In this document: one piece after another, positions 35,421 to 46,015 of the stretch | How positions within the stretch are numbered: position 1 is the first letter of the stretch | How the letters are laid out: every line of letters starts with the position of its first letter | Assembly (NCBI GenBank): GCA_963707505.1 | Contig: CAVPQB010000003.1 | Location: forward strand, 416,001-480,000 | Direction of reading: 5' to 3' | Length of the DNA stretch: 64,000 nt | DNA from: an uncultured Gemmatimonadales bacterium | GTDB lineage: Bacteria > Gemmatimonadota > Gemmatimonadetes > Gemmatimonadales > Gemmatimonadaceae | Made by a program: the position numbers and the translations under genes | The notes under the pieces: model-generated | Told to the model about the DNA's origin: nothing | The model's database searches: none | Seen by the model: the letters and a program-made list of their open reading frames with translations, nothing else

Positions 35421-37378
35421 TCAGGCTCCGTATGGATCGTCGTTCGGTGCGCCGCGAAGCGCGGCCACTTGCGGCCGCTGCTGCACGGACTGCGTGATTC
35501 GCTTTGGCAACCGCGCGCGGAAGGTGCCGAGCACGTCCGCTGGTCGTTCCTTGAGAGTCACTGCGAGCGCGCGAAGCACGTCGCCCTCGTCGTGCAACCC
35601 GATCGCGTCTTCCACTGCCTGTAGCGTGATCGCCGAATCGCGCACACGGAGCGAGCGGTATACCGCCGCTTCCAGCGACACCTCTCCGCCTTGCGGATAT
35701 TGCTCAGCGCCCGAGGCGACCAGCCATGACCGCCGGCCGCGGGAATCGCACGAATATCGGCTGCGTGAAATGCGGATGCCGAATCATCAACTGCCCCTTC
35801 TCCAGCGTCGCGAGCTTGGTCCGCGTCGCAGGCGAAAGCACCGCGTAACCCGGTGCACGTCAACTCGTCCGCATCCATTCGTCCGAACACCGAGCGTGCC
35901 CGAATTTCCCACGACTCGGCGGTGCACCTGCGATCTGAACTGCTGCGCGCTGAACAGCACCAGGCCCAGATACCGCCCTCGCTCGGCGATGTCCAGCAGC
36001 ATTTTCCGGACGTACGTGTCGGGACCATCGCCCGGCGCGTACTTGTTCAGCTCGTCGACGAACACCACTACATGCTTGACGCCCAGGTCGCGTCGCTCCA
36101 GATGCTCGCGCAGCTTGGAGACGATGCGCGCAAAGATGAGATCCTGCGCATCTTCCTCGAGATTTGCGACGTCCACCACATACATCGCGCGATCCTCGAA
36201 GCTCTCCGAATGGTAGATCGCTCACGGGTCCGGAATCAGTCACCAGCCCTGCACATCGCGTCGATATGTTCGACAGCCGGTTACGAACCTTGCGGATCGT
36301 CGCAACGTGATGCGTGCGCCAGCTCTCCTTGTTTCCGTTTTCGAGTCCGCGCAATACGTCGCGGAACCAGTCCTCCAGATCTGCAAACGACTGCACGACG
36401 TGCGGCCGCGCGAGCATGCGGATCGGTGAATGCTCTGATCTATGACGCTCGCGTTATGAAATCGATCAGTGCGTCCGCCTTGGCGTCGATGTCGTCCCGG
36501 TTGAGCAACACCTCGGCGTACTGCAACACCTCGCGCAATCCCCACGTGAGCGGGGTTACGTTGTGTGCGAGCGCCTCGTTCGAACGCAGACGTGTTGAGA
36601 GCGAAGCCGCGTGCCGAGAAGGGCGCGTAGTACTTGAACGTTCTCGAAACGGCCGCGCCGGAACGCCCATCTTCTCGTACAGCGCCCTGTCGCCATCATC
36701 CAGCTTGCCCGGCAGATCGAGAAAGCAGAGATCCGGCCCCTTCACGTTGAAGCACACCGCCGCAATCGATCCGCGGCTCTCCGGGAAAGTGCGTGAACAA
36801 CGATGCCAGTATCCACTCCACCGCGCTCGTCTTCGTCGCCAGGCCCGATACGCCCGTGATGTTCAGATGCGCAGCCTCCGGCCCGACGAGAAAATCCGCG
36901 TCGAGAAAGATCGTCGCATCCGTCCCGCCAGCGCGATACACGCCGATCGGAATTCCCGTGTGGCTGCCGTCGCGTAGATAACCATCCATTCGCAACGCGA
37001 CGTTGCACGTCTTCTTCCTGCGCGAGAAATACGTCACCCATCGGCACCGGCTGCAGCGGCTCTTCGGGGATCTGTCGCAACACTGCGGCGCTGTAGAGTC
37101 GGATCTCCGCTCGCTCCGCCGATGCGAATCCCGCGAGCGTCGGCGCGCCATCATGCCCCAGCACGTCGTGCATCGGCGTGAGCAGATCGGTGTAGCTGAA
37201 ACCCTCGTCGACGATTCCGTAGATGTGCGGAATCTGCCCGTCCACCGGACGGCGCCCATCCACGCGCACTATCGTCCCGATGCCAACCGGCGAATCCAGC
37301 GCTGTCCAGAAATGAAATTCGTGCGGCGTGTTTGGCTTCCGCTCCGTCGCGACTACCCGTTCCAAGTGTTTCGGTCAC
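35421..37378 (-). CDS. herA: HerA-family ATPase/translocase (many indels)
   Basis: N-terminal HAS-barrel-like RVVATE..FHFW; AHLNITGVSGLATKTS; FNVKGPDL; VVFVDELNKYAP; IAERGRYLG..FSAQQ. Confidence 0.85.
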
Positions 37379-38335
37379 GCTATTGCTCGCAGAAACTGCT
37401 TCGCAGTCGCGAATCCCATATGCCATCCGGTCCCATCGACCGTCGGGCAACGACAGCGGTGTCACTTCGCCAGCACCCAGCGCGAAACTTCATTGGCGCG
37501 ATCCGCAACATCATGCAGTCGGTGACACCTCGATGCGAACAAGTCCGAACATCGCGTCGCGTCCACGTGGATCGCGCAGCCTGAGATACCAGCTGATCAC
37601 AGGACTCCGTCGTTTCGCCGACAATGTGAACACGGAGCTACGCTCCCCTCGCTTGAGCGACATCACCACGTCCAGTGCATCGCCATCGGCGAACAGAGTC
37701 TGATGACTCTTTATGACACCGACCGCACAACTGGCTGACGCGACGCGCCCACTTCCGCTGATTCCGCCGTCGATGAATAACGGCTCAGCGCCATCGGCAC
37801 ACCATAGCTCTGCAAGCTTGCGCTCAGCTTCGTCGCGATCGCGCCCCACACGCTCGAACGCGACCGCGCGCAGTGCCGCTGGGTGACGCGACACCAGCTC
37901 TCTTGCGCCCTCCTCGTGACTCGTGTCAACGATCTCGAATCCGGCCACCTCTGTATGCCCTTCGCATCCGAGCAGCGCCAACGGCATGTACAACCGTCGC
38001 GACACGATCGGCGTGCGATGTCCCCACGTGACGAAACGGCGGTTGACACGAACGCGCACGACTGCCGCGACCGTCCCATCGACTATCGGAATACCATTGC
38101 GATGACATGCGATTCTGGCACGCTGGATTCCGTCCAGAAATCCCGCGAAGCGAACCTCGGGCTCACCAGTTACACGATGCGCACGCAGTCTCTGCCCTTC
38201 TATGCACTGCGCCGGCGCGATGCGCGGCGCTTCGGTATACGCGCCGGAATAGCTCTCGTCAGCCGGCGCGTCCGACTGAACTATCTCGACATCTGGGAGC
38301 AGGGATTGGATCGCTCGCAGAACGTCAATTGACAC
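37375..38335 (-). CDS. nurA: NurA-like nuclease (indels near 3' end)
   Basis: FLDGIQR, FIDGG, VGVIKSH, GERS, SWYLRLR..GLVRIE; C-terminal YGIRDCE; stop overlaps herA start. Confidence 0.72.
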
Positions 38336-38603
38336 CGATGTCCCACGCTTGCTCCAGATCACCCTTCGAGTACACTCGGAATGCCGTCAGGGTCTGTGTC
38401 TTCTGCAGACCCGGCGCCGTGGAAACCTCCTCGGTTACCACACGCGCGACGCTTTCAAAGTCGGGAACCTCCACAAGAGCGACGAGATCCCAGTCGCCAC
38501 TCACCGAGTACACGCGCGATACCCCTTCAATCCCGGCCAGCTTGGTGGCACATTGCGGGATCCGCTGCGGGTCGGCCCTCACCAGCACGATGGCGGAGAT
38601 CAT
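38325..38603 (-). CDS. Stand-alone Lrp/AsnC ligand-binding domain protein
   Basis: AIVLV..GVSRVYSVSGDWDLVALV..TQTLTAFRVYS; no HTH. Confidence 0.88.
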   Translation of the reverse strand: MISAIVLVRADPQRIPQCATKLAGIEGVSRVYSVSGDWDLVALVEVPDFESVARVVTEEVSTAPGLQKTQTLTAFRVYSKGDLEQAWDIGVN

Positions 38604-38630
38604 CCCATAACATTACCGAGCGAACACCGA

Positions 38631-40070
38631 ATGGAACAGGCCGAGCGCGGCACGGCTTCACGCAGCCAGAACGTCGTCCACTTTCTCCCGAGGACGACCG
38701 ATGCGCTTGCGCGCGTCATAACGCCCGCTCTCGAGCGCATGGATGTAACACAATCCTCCCTCCAACTCATGGTCGTGACCCCGGACGCCGAGACAGCCGT
38801 GATCGTGGGTGACGTCGTCAGCCAGTTCGCCGGCGCCCAGGGGATCGAAGTCCTCCCAGTCACTTCCGCCAACCGCGCGGCCCGCATGCTCGCCGAGCGT
38901 CCAGTCCACGCCGTCGCAGGCCCCGCAATCGAACTCCAAACGCTCATCCAACGTTCCGCGATCAAGCTCGACGATCTTCGAACGATCGTTCTGGCATGGG
39001 TGGATGATGAGATGGCGGAAACGCCGGCAGCCTTCGCCGCCCTCGAATCGCTCTTTGGCGAGCTCCCAAAGACCGCCACTCGGGTGATGATTGCCCGCCG
39101 CGCCACGCCCAACGCCGAGAAGATCGTCGACGCACACCTCAGAACGGCCAGGCGGATGACGCCGCCCGAAGCCGAGGCCGGCTCGGTTCCTCAGATCTCA
39201 CCCGCGGCACCGTCGGTCCACTACGTCAGCGTCAGCTCTGCATCCCGTCCCGCCGCACTGCGCCGGCTTCTGGACGAGCTCGACCCACCCTCTGCCGCGA
39301 TCGTCGTCCGCGACACAGCCTCCGAAGCAGATGCCGTCCAGACGGTCCGGAGCCTCGGCTACCGCCGCACGGACGACCCCATCAAGATCGCGCGTTACGA
39401 CGCGATTCCTCCCAGCCATACGGTGATTCTGTACGACGCACCGGTGATGCCGAGCGAGATCGCGTCCGCCACGGCAATCGGCCCGGTTCAGATAGTCGCG
39501 CTTGCGACCCCGCGCGACATGATCGCACTGCACGAGCTGGCGGAGTCACTGCTCCCACTCACACTCGAAGGGCCCGGCTCAGCCGCGCGCTCGCGCGATT
39601 CCAGGCTGCGCGAAGAGCTGGCGATCATACTTTCGCAGGGCGTTGCCACGCGCGAGATGCTGGCGCTGGAGCCGTTGCTCGACCGCTACGATGGAATCGA
39701 GATCGCCGCGGCCGCAGTGCGCTTGCTCGACGTCGAGCGCACACGCCCGGCGTCCGCGCCTCGCCAGCTCCGGCTCGTAGCAGCGGATTCCACGTCTGCG
39801 CCGCCGCGTGAGAATCGCGGAGCCGAGCGCGGCTCGCGTCCGCCCCGCGACCGCGAATTTCGCGGACCACCGCGCGGTGGTCCGCGCCAGGAACGCGGCG
39901 AGCGCAAGGAATGGACGCCACGTCAACCGCGCGAGGGAGGAGGCCCGAACAGCGGCAGCGATCGCCGGGAGCGCAACCTGGGCCGCGGTCCTCGTTCTGG
40001 CGGACCCGGTCGCGACGATCGCGGTCGCCCGAGCGGTCCGCCCCGTCGTCCACGGCCCTCCGAGCGGTAA
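38631..40070 (+). CDS. Degenerate DEAD-box helicase-like protein with Arg/Gly/Pro-rich tail
   Basis: QLMVVTPDAETA, IKLDDLRTIVLAWVDDEM align with helicase motifs Ia and II, but catalytic residues are absent. Confidence 0.7.
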   Translation: MEQAERGTASRSQNVVHFLPRTTDALARVITPALERMDVTQSSLQLMVVTPDAETAVIVGDVVSQFAGAQGIEVLPVTSANRAARMLAERPVHAVAGPAIELQTLIQRSAIKLDDLRTIVLAWVDDEMAETPAAFAALESLFGELPKTATRVMIARRATPNAEKIVDAHLRTARRMTPPEAEAGSVPQISPAAPSVHYVSVSSASRPAALRRLLDELDPPSAAIVVRDTASEADAVQTVRSLGYRRTDDPIKIARYDAIPPSHTVILYDAPVMPSEIASATAIGPVQIVALATPRDMIALHELAESLLPLTLEGPGSAARSRDSRLREELAIILSQGVATREMLALEPLLDRYDGIEIAAAAVRLLDVERTRPASAPRQLRLVAADSTSAPPRENRGAERGSRPPRDREFRGPPRGGPRQERGERKEWTPRQPREGGGPNSGSDRRERNLGRGPRSGGPGRDDRGRPSGPPRRPRPSER

Positions 40071-40076
40071 CGCCGA

Positions 40077-40688
40077 GTGGGCGTCGCATACCAGCATACC
40101 GGCGGCTGGATCGAGGTGGTCGCCGGCGTCATGTTCAGTGGCAAGAGCGAGGAGCTCATCCGCCGAATCCGACGTGCACTCATTGCACGGAAGCGCGTCC
40201 AGGTATTCAAGTCGCGCCTGGACGAGCGGTATGCCGGAATAAATGCCGTCTCGAGCCACGACGGGCGTACAGTCGAGGCGATTCCTGTGGATACGTCCGC
40301 ACAGATCGCGCAACGACTGGATCCCACGGCGCAGGTGATCGGGATAGATGAAGCGCAGTTTCTCGATCCAGGAATCATCACACTCGTTACGACGCTCGCT
40401 GAAACCGGCCGGCGCGTAATAATTGCCGGCACCGATACCGACTTCCGGGGCGAGCCGTTTGGCGCGATGCCGCAGCTCATGGCGATCGCGGAGAGCGTGG
40501 ACAAGCTCCATGCGATCTGTGTGCTCTGCGGCGGCCCCGCAACACGCAATCAGCGACTTATCGACGGGAAGCCCGCGCCGTACGAGAGTCCACAGATCAT
40601 GGTCGGCGCTGCGGACAGGTACGAAGCACGGTGCAGAATGTGCCACAGCGTGCCGCGGATAGACGCCGCGCAGGTGCGCATGTTCTAA
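40077..40688 (+). CDS. tdk: Thymidine kinase
   Basis: [36 protein letters not shown]. Confidence 0.96.
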   Translation: MGVAYQHTGGWIEVVAGVMFSGKSEELIRRIRRALIARKRVQVFKSRLDERYAGINAVSSHDGRTVEAIPVDTSAQIAQRLDPTAQVIGIDEAQFLDPGIITLVTTLAETGRRVIIAGTDTDFRGEPFGAMPQLMAIAESVDKLHAICVLCGGPATRNQRLIDGKPAPYESPQIMVGAADRYEARCRMCHSVPRIDAAQVRMF

Positions 40689-40792
40689 AGCCGTTCCGAT
40701 GTGATGTCGAGGCAGCGCGATAGGTCGCGCTGCGAGTCCATTACCGGAACGGTGCTTGCTTTGGCGACCTCCATCACCAATCGGGGGAACGC

Positions 40793-41773
40793 ATGCCGAC
40801 GAAGAGCAGCAGGACCAACCGCACCCAACGGAAAACAGCATCGAGCTCTGGTGCGAACGCCGCGACTCCCTCGCGTTCGCGCCAATCTGCGAGGGAAGTA
40901 CGGCACACCGACAGCTATCCAACGCCGCCGCTCCCGCCACAGCATCAGGACTCCCCCGGTCTCGAGTCCCGAGTCCATCCACGCCCGCAGTTCCTTGCGC
41001 CTTTATACAAGGGCTCCGGCAAGTTGCAGGACAAGACCGCCATCATAACTGGTGGCGACTCGGGTATTGGCCGTTCCGTTTCGGTGTTGTTCGCGCGTGA
41101 AGGTGCCGACGTAGCGATCATCTTCCTGCCGCAGGAGCAGAGCGACGCCGAAGAAACAGCGCGCGCCATCGAGGCCGAAGGCCGGCGCGCGCTCCTGATT
41201 CCGGGCGACGTCACCGATCCCAGGTTCTGCGTCGACGCCGTAAAGCGTACAATCGCGACATTCGGCAAGCTCGACGTGCTCGTGAACAACGCCGGCTATC
41301 AGAAAAACCAGAAGTCACTCGACGACGTGACCGAGGAACAGTGGGACCGCACCTTCCGCACGAACATTTACGGTTACTTCCACATGGTGAAGGCAGCGGT
41401 CCCGAAGATGAAGGCTGGCAGCGCGATAGTTAATACCGGCTCGATAACAGGTCTCGAGGGAGAGAAAACGCTGCTCGATTATTCGGCGACCAAGGGCGCG
41501 ATCCACGCCTTTACCAAGACGCTTGCGCAGATGCTCACAGCAAAAAAGATTCGGGTCAACGCAGTAGCGCCGGGTCCTGTGTGGACACCACTCAATCCAT
41601 CAGCGCAGCCGGCAAGCAAGGTCAGCAAATTCGGAGCGGACGTCGCCTTCGGACGACCGGGTCAACCGGAAGAACTTGCGCCAGCATACGTCTTTCTCGC
41701 GTCGAACATCACGTCCAGCTACATAAGCGGAGTGATACTCCCCGTCCTTGGCGGCGACACGATCGCGGGTTGA
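40793..41773 (+). CDS. SDR oxidoreductase, YdaD/YghA-like general stress type
   Basis: YKGSGKL, TGGDSGIG, DYSATKGAI, APGPVWTPL, RPGQPEELAP. Confidence 0.92.
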   Translation: MPTKSSRTNRTQRKTASSSGANAATPSRSRQSAREVRHTDSYPTPPLPPQHQDSPGLESRVHPRPQFLAPLYKGSGKLQDKTAIITGGDSGIGRSVSVLFAREGADVAIIFLPQEQSDAEETARAIEAEGRRALLIPGDVTDPRFCVDAVKRTIATFGKLDVLVNNAGYQKNQKSLDDVTEEQWDRTFRTNIYGYFHMVKAAVPKMKAGSAIVNTGSITGLEGEKTLLDYSATKGAIHAFTKTLAQMLTAKKIRVNAVAPGPVWTPLNPSAQPASKVSKFGADVAFGRPGQPEELAPAYVFLASNITSSYISGVILPVLGGDTIAG

Positions 41774-41788
41774 GCAACATCGCCAAAC

Positions 41789-41822
41789 AAGAACGGTCCC
41801 GATATCAACCGGGACCGTTCTT
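41789..41822. terminator. Bidirectional terminator hairpin
   Basis: AAGAACGGTCCCG-8 nt-CGGGACCGTTCTT between convergent genes. Confidence 0.8.
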
Positions 41823-41843
41823 CACTATCACGCTTTCTGATAA

Positions 41844-43871
41844 CTAGGGTGTCAGCGAGTTGTATAGCGCCGCTACGTTGAAGCCTACCGGATCGATTTC
41901 GTAATATCTGTTATCCGTGTAGCGCCCTGTCGTCGGGAAGTACGGCGGTGGATTGTACAGCGCGCACTTGTCGTAGCTGTAACGCTTGGCGAACCCGGTG
42001 CCGTTGGATGTTCCGACAGCACCACGTTGCTGCTGAATGATTCCACCTGTCAGATACAGGCAGCCTCGGCCGTTATTGGTCCCTTCGCAGCCGTTCGCGT
42101 TGGTCGGTCCCGAGTCGTAATTCTCGACGCCAAACGCCGTGCTGAGCGCCATCATCACGCCCTGCACGAAGACGTCTTTCGTGTCATCCATGTTTTTGTA
42201 GCCAACGCCCGAGATGTTCAACGGATCCTGCAACGCGTTGTCTGCGACGAATATGTTGTTGCCGGCGATTATGCCGAGCATGTCGGCCGTACAGTTGTTG
42301 AGCGAGGGATCTGTCACGTATTTCGTATCGCGCAGAATTGCGATGTTACCAGTCGCGTACAGCGTGACACGCCCACGAAGCGTACCGCTTATGCCGGTAG
42401 TTCCAGCGACATAGATCACACCCTTCGTACCAGGATTGAGTCCACGGTAGAGCGGGTACAGGTACTGCGCCTCCGCCGGGTACAACGCCGTCAGCTGAGG
42501 AGCGACAGTGCCTGCATAGGGCTTCCAATAGCCGGCAGTATTCAGGGCTGTACCGGCGTAGAATGTCGTGCTGTCACCAGCGATTTTCTGCGCTACAGCG
42601 AGAACTTGCGCCGTTGTCTTACCAGCCATGCCGACAGTATCACTGGCATAGCCGGCACCCGGCTCACTCCGGTAGCTTACAGCGCGCAGATTCGGGTCGC
42701 CTCCAAGATAGCACCGGGCGGACGGCTGCTTCATCACGTACGCTGTCATTCCAGATCCGCTAGTAAGCGAGGTGATAATACTTCCGGTGTAGAGCCCTGA
42801 CTTTGTGAGAGCGGCCTTGAACCACGCTTTGGTATGCTCCGAGAGCGGAACGAATGCCAGGCGAGACGGCGACCCCAGTCCCGTACCGCTGCTGGTAAAT
42901 GTGTATGAAGCTCCGCAATTGTCCGCGGTAGAATCTCCACGCACCCACGGCGCAGTCTTGCCATAGTAAACCCGGAAAAACCCGTCGTCAGCTCCATTGA
43001 TCGGCAGCCCGGCAACTCCACCGGTGCCACCGTTGTACGGACGCGCGACGAACTCGATGCGCATCAGGGTCTTGTCGATCGTGCTGGAGTTGGGCGCACT
43101 AAAGTTGAACCCACCTGAAGACGCATATCCCGGAAGCGAGCTGAGCGATGTGTTGTTGGGAAGCGCGATCGGCTTCTGGTTGGCTGAATAACCCACGTCG
43201 AATGTGCCATAGCCGGCGCCAAGTACGGCACCAGCCGTTCCCACTGTACCGTGAAAACGCGCGCCGCCGGACCCGATGTTGAGATTGTCGTTGGACCAGA
43301 CGGGGCCCCATAGTTGGTCGTTGTTGTTGAAGTAAATCACGGAGCCGTTGTTCGTTTCCTGATTGGACCAGTAGGCGAACTTCGCGAAGCTCTCCTGTGC
43401 GAGCTCGAGTCGACGCACGACCTGCGCGCCACTCTGATTCTTCGCGACCGCAACGACGCTCACGAACCGTCCGAACTGCCCGGTATTCGAGCTCGTCGGT
43501 CCCAGATACATGCTCACAGTAATTCCCGGGATCGCCTTGCCGTCCGCGCCAAGCACTGTCGCGTTGCTGGTGACAGTGGTGTAGCCGGTGTCGGGTGCGG
43601 CGTACGGATCGAAGTTGAGCGTGCTCTTGCCCATCGCGAGCACCGCTTCGGCAGCGTAACGCATGTCACGCTCCTGATCGTACGAGTTCGCGAGTATCTG
43701 CTCGTTGCCACCGAGATAGATCGCCGAGGTCGCGAGGCTTGCCAGCGACAGCGTGAGCACGAGTGTCAGTATCAACGCAGAGCCGCGGCGATCGGAGCCG
43801 CGTCTCATCGTGCGTCTACTCTTCCATGCGCGATACTTGACCGCGATTTGCGTAAGGTGCTTGGCGTACAT
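41844..43871 (-). CDS. Large PilX-like minor pilin with C-terminal DUF4900-like region
   Basis: RRG/SALILTLVL (no Glu5), YAAEA; C-terminal LGIIA..LTGGIIQ..GFAKRYSYD..PPYFP. Confidence 0.78.
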   Translation of the reverse strand: MYAKHLTQIAVKYRAWKSRRTMRRGSDRRGSALILTLVLTLSLASLATSAIYLGGNEQILANSYDQERDMRYAAEAVLAMGKSTLNFDPYAAPDTGYTTVTSNATVLGADGKAIPGITVSMYLGPTSSNTGQFGRFVSVVAVAKNQSGAQVVRRLELAQESFAKFAYWSNQETNNGSVIYFNNNDQLWGPVWSNDNLNIGSGGARFHGTVGTAGAVLGAGYGTFDVGYSANQKPIALPNNTSLSSLPGYASSGGFNFSAPNSSTIDKTLMRIEFVARPYNGGTGGVAGLPINGADDGFFRVYYGKTAPWVRGDSTADNCGASYTFTSSGTGLGSPSRLAFVPLSEHTKAWFKAALTKSGLYTGSIITSLTSGSGMTAYVMKQPSARCYLGGDPNLRAVSYRSEPGAGYASDTVGMAGKTTAQVLAVAQKIAGDSTTFYAGTALNTAGYWKPYAGTVAPQLTALYPAEAQYLYPLYRGLNPGTKGVIYVAGTTGISGTLRGRVTLYATGNIAILRDTKYVTDPSLNNCTADMLGIIAGNNIFVADNALQDPLNISGVGYKNMDDTKDVFVQGVMMALSTAFGVENYDSGPTNANGCEGTNNGRGCLYLTGGIIQQQRGAVGTSNGTGFAKRYSYDKCALYNPPPYFPTTGRYTDNRYYEIDPVGFNVAALYNSLTP

Positions 43872-43882
43872 TCTTCCCCCGA

Positions 43883-45067
43883 TTATGGAACGGTTACCTG
43901 ATTACTCACCGCAATTGGAGAGAACTGACCGCCGCAATCTTCAGCAGCCACTCCGTAGATCCACGTGTTGGTGCTCGATACCTGCGTATCCGTGAACGTA
44001 TAGCTCGCCTGGCCAGCAGGTATCGAAGCAAGCGGATCAGCAAACACGTCGCCTACCAGGCGACGGTAGATGACGTACTTCTCCACGTCCTTTTCCCCAC
44101 CACCGTCGTCTGTCGCGCGATTCCAGCTCAGCACTACCTGGTTGGATGTTGGCGCGACAGCGGTCACCGACTGTCCAAAAACAGGCGCGTCACCGCATGT
44201 TGCGTGATTCAGCAGACCAGCATTCAGCAACCGGATCGATGCATCCGCCGGCCGTTGAGTCTTGCTTCCGTCGCGCTCGATGAAGCTGCCAATCAAATGA
44301 ACCTTTACAAAGCGAATCTGATCGGTGAGGGCCGATGATCCAGTGTCCGTCGGTGACCCGTGCACCGGAACGTGAATCGCCGGTAATGACGCCGCCGGAA
44401 CGTTTACAACGGCCCCCGCGTCGTTGATGATCTGATACGTGAACGGAGGCGTGAGAGGATCCAGTAGCATCCCCCGCGCCAGCGTGTCGATTGGCATCGC
44501 GTTCACGCGACGGAACAGTGCGTACCGGCCACTTGAACCCGGGCTGTTGTCCGGCGCGACCCAGAAGGAAATCGTTTCCGCAGCACTCGGCGGTCCCCCC
44601 CGAAAGTACGACGTCGTCGGCCACACAGTCGACGAGAGCGGCAGAGTAACCTGATGCGCCGGCGTCATGCTCATCGTTGATCCCGCCGGAAGGTCAGGAT
44701 CGTAGTACACTGCGCCGAACGCACCGCCTTCAGCTGCCGTATCGCGCGCAGCGTAGTCGGCGTTGAACGTCACCGCGAATGGATCCGCCTGGACGAGCAA
44801 CGGTTGCTGATCGGAAACGCCGGCACCAGCGACGCGTATCTGGCGCTCGATCGTCGAGATGGCGAAACGCACGTTCTGCTGAGCGTCGGATCGTCCAGCG
44901 GTGCTGCCCATTGCCTGCACCTGCGAGCGGAAGAGCGGAACGGTCATGGCGAACACCAGTAGCAGAATGGTGATCGACAGCATGACTTCCAGCAGCGTGA
45001 ATCCGCCGCGCTTCCGTCGCGCACGCTGAGCGGCATTCGAGCTCGTGGCGAAGTTCATCGCAGTCAT
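43883..45067 (-). CDS. PilW-like minor pilin with C-terminal FN3-like domain
   Basis: GG/FTLLEV; IERQIRVAG; VVLSW..YVIYRR..YTFTD..YGVAA. Confidence 0.85.
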   Translation of the reverse strand: MTAMNFATSSNAAQRARRKRGGFTLLEVMLSITILLLVFAMTVPLFRSQVQAMGSTAGRSDAQQNVRFAISTIERQIRVAGAGVSDQQPLLVQADPFAVTFNADYAARDTAAEGGAFGAVYYDPDLPAGSTMSMTPAHQVTLPLSSTVWPTTSYFRGGPPSAAETISFWVAPDNSPGSSGRYALFRRVNAMPIDTLARGMLLDPLTPPFTYQIINDAGAVVNVPAASLPAIHVPVHGSPTDTGSSALTDQIRFVKVHLIGSFIERDGSKTQRPADASIRLLNAGLLNHATCGDAPVFGQSVTAVAPTSNQVVLSWNRATDDGGGEKDVEKYVIYRRLVGDVFADPLASIPAGQASYTFTDTQVSSTNTWIYGVAAEDCGGQFSPIAVSNQVTVP

Positions 45068-45068
45068 C

Positions 45069-45458
45069 TCAGAATGCGGCTATCATCGTCGTACGCTTGA
45101 TCGGCGTGCCGAGTCTGGAATTGGAGACAGTTACGGTAACCGTCTTGTAGTCATAGAGGTCTTTCGCTCCGCCACCCGTGTGCGTGACCTGAGTCTTGCG
45201 CGTGTACCCGACATATGGAGTCGCGAGTGACACGGTACCGGGATACAGAGTGTCAATCGCCGTGTAACGCGGTGCATTCTTGATTTCTTCGAGACGCTGG
45301 GAGGCGAGCTCGTTTGCAGTGTTCTTGACGTCGCTGACTGCGACGATGCGCGCGAATTTGCCCATGAAGCTCGCAATGCTGAGCATCGCGGTGGCGAGAA
45401 TAGTCACCGCCATCATGACTTCGACCAACGTCATTCCCTTGCGTACGCCCTTGATCAT
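45069..45458 (-). CDS. PilV-like minor pilin
   Basis: KG/MTLVEVMMAVTIL..ANELASQRLEEIK. Confidence 0.88.
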   Translation of the reverse strand: MIKGVRKGMTLVEVMMAVTILATAMLSIASFMGKFARIVAVSDVKNTANELASQRLEEIKNAPRYTAIDTLYPGTVSLATPYVGYTRKTQVTHTGGGAKDLYDYKTVTVTVSNSRLGTPIKRTTMIAAF

Positions 45459-46015
45459 AGTCCCGCTCCTATCCAGGTGCTTCCGTTATAGCGATACGAC
45501 TGCACGCGTCCGGTCGCCTGTCGAACGTGAAGCGCGCGCATGTCAGACTTGTTGATTCGATACGACGAAACGTACAGTTCCAGCTCGCTGCTCACTGCAC
45601 CGTCACGATGGTAGTAAACGGTCGGATAGTTGTCACGACTGGCAATACTGGTACCCACGACAGATGACGTGGCGGTGAGCTGCACTCCAGCCGGCGGGAC
45701 AATGAAACGGGTCCCATCCTGAAGTTGCGTCCAACGAACCGTCTCGCCGGCGTCCACCTGATGATTGTCGTTCGCGTCGTAAACCAGACGTATGCGTCGT
45801 CCGGTTGTATCGAAGCTCACCATGACGTCGGTCTGACGCACGATCGCGACTCGCTGGGCCTGCTGAAGCGCGATCTGCACCGTGCGCATACCTGCGTCCG
45901 CGTCGAACTGTGCGGCCTTGAGGCGTGGCAGAGCGAGTGCGGCCAGAATGCCCACGATGGACACGACGATCAGCATCTCGATTAGCGTGAATCCCGCGCG
46001 AACGGTTTTCGGCAT
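45455..46015 (-). CDS. FimU/GspH-like minor pilin
   Basis: AG/FTLIEMLIVVSIVGILAALALP..LQQAQRVAI. Confidence 0.88.
   Translation of the reverse strand: MPKTVRAGFTLIEMLIVVSIVGILAALALPRLKAAQFDADAGMRTVQIALQQAQRVAIVRQTDVMVSFDTTGRRIRLVYDANDNHQVDAGETVRWTQLQDGTRFIVPPAGVQLTATSSVVGTSIASRDNYPTVYYHRDGAVSSELELYVSSYRINKSDMRALHVRQATGRVQSYRYNGSTWIGAGL

Noticed and set aside
30944..38335. Wadjet, Lamassu or Sir2-HerA defence island
   Set aside because: The SMC-like protein has a Rad50 zinc hook and Mre11 partner; no kleisin, Sir2 or mobile-element context is present, and neighbours are housekeeping genes. A defence role is not strictly excluded.
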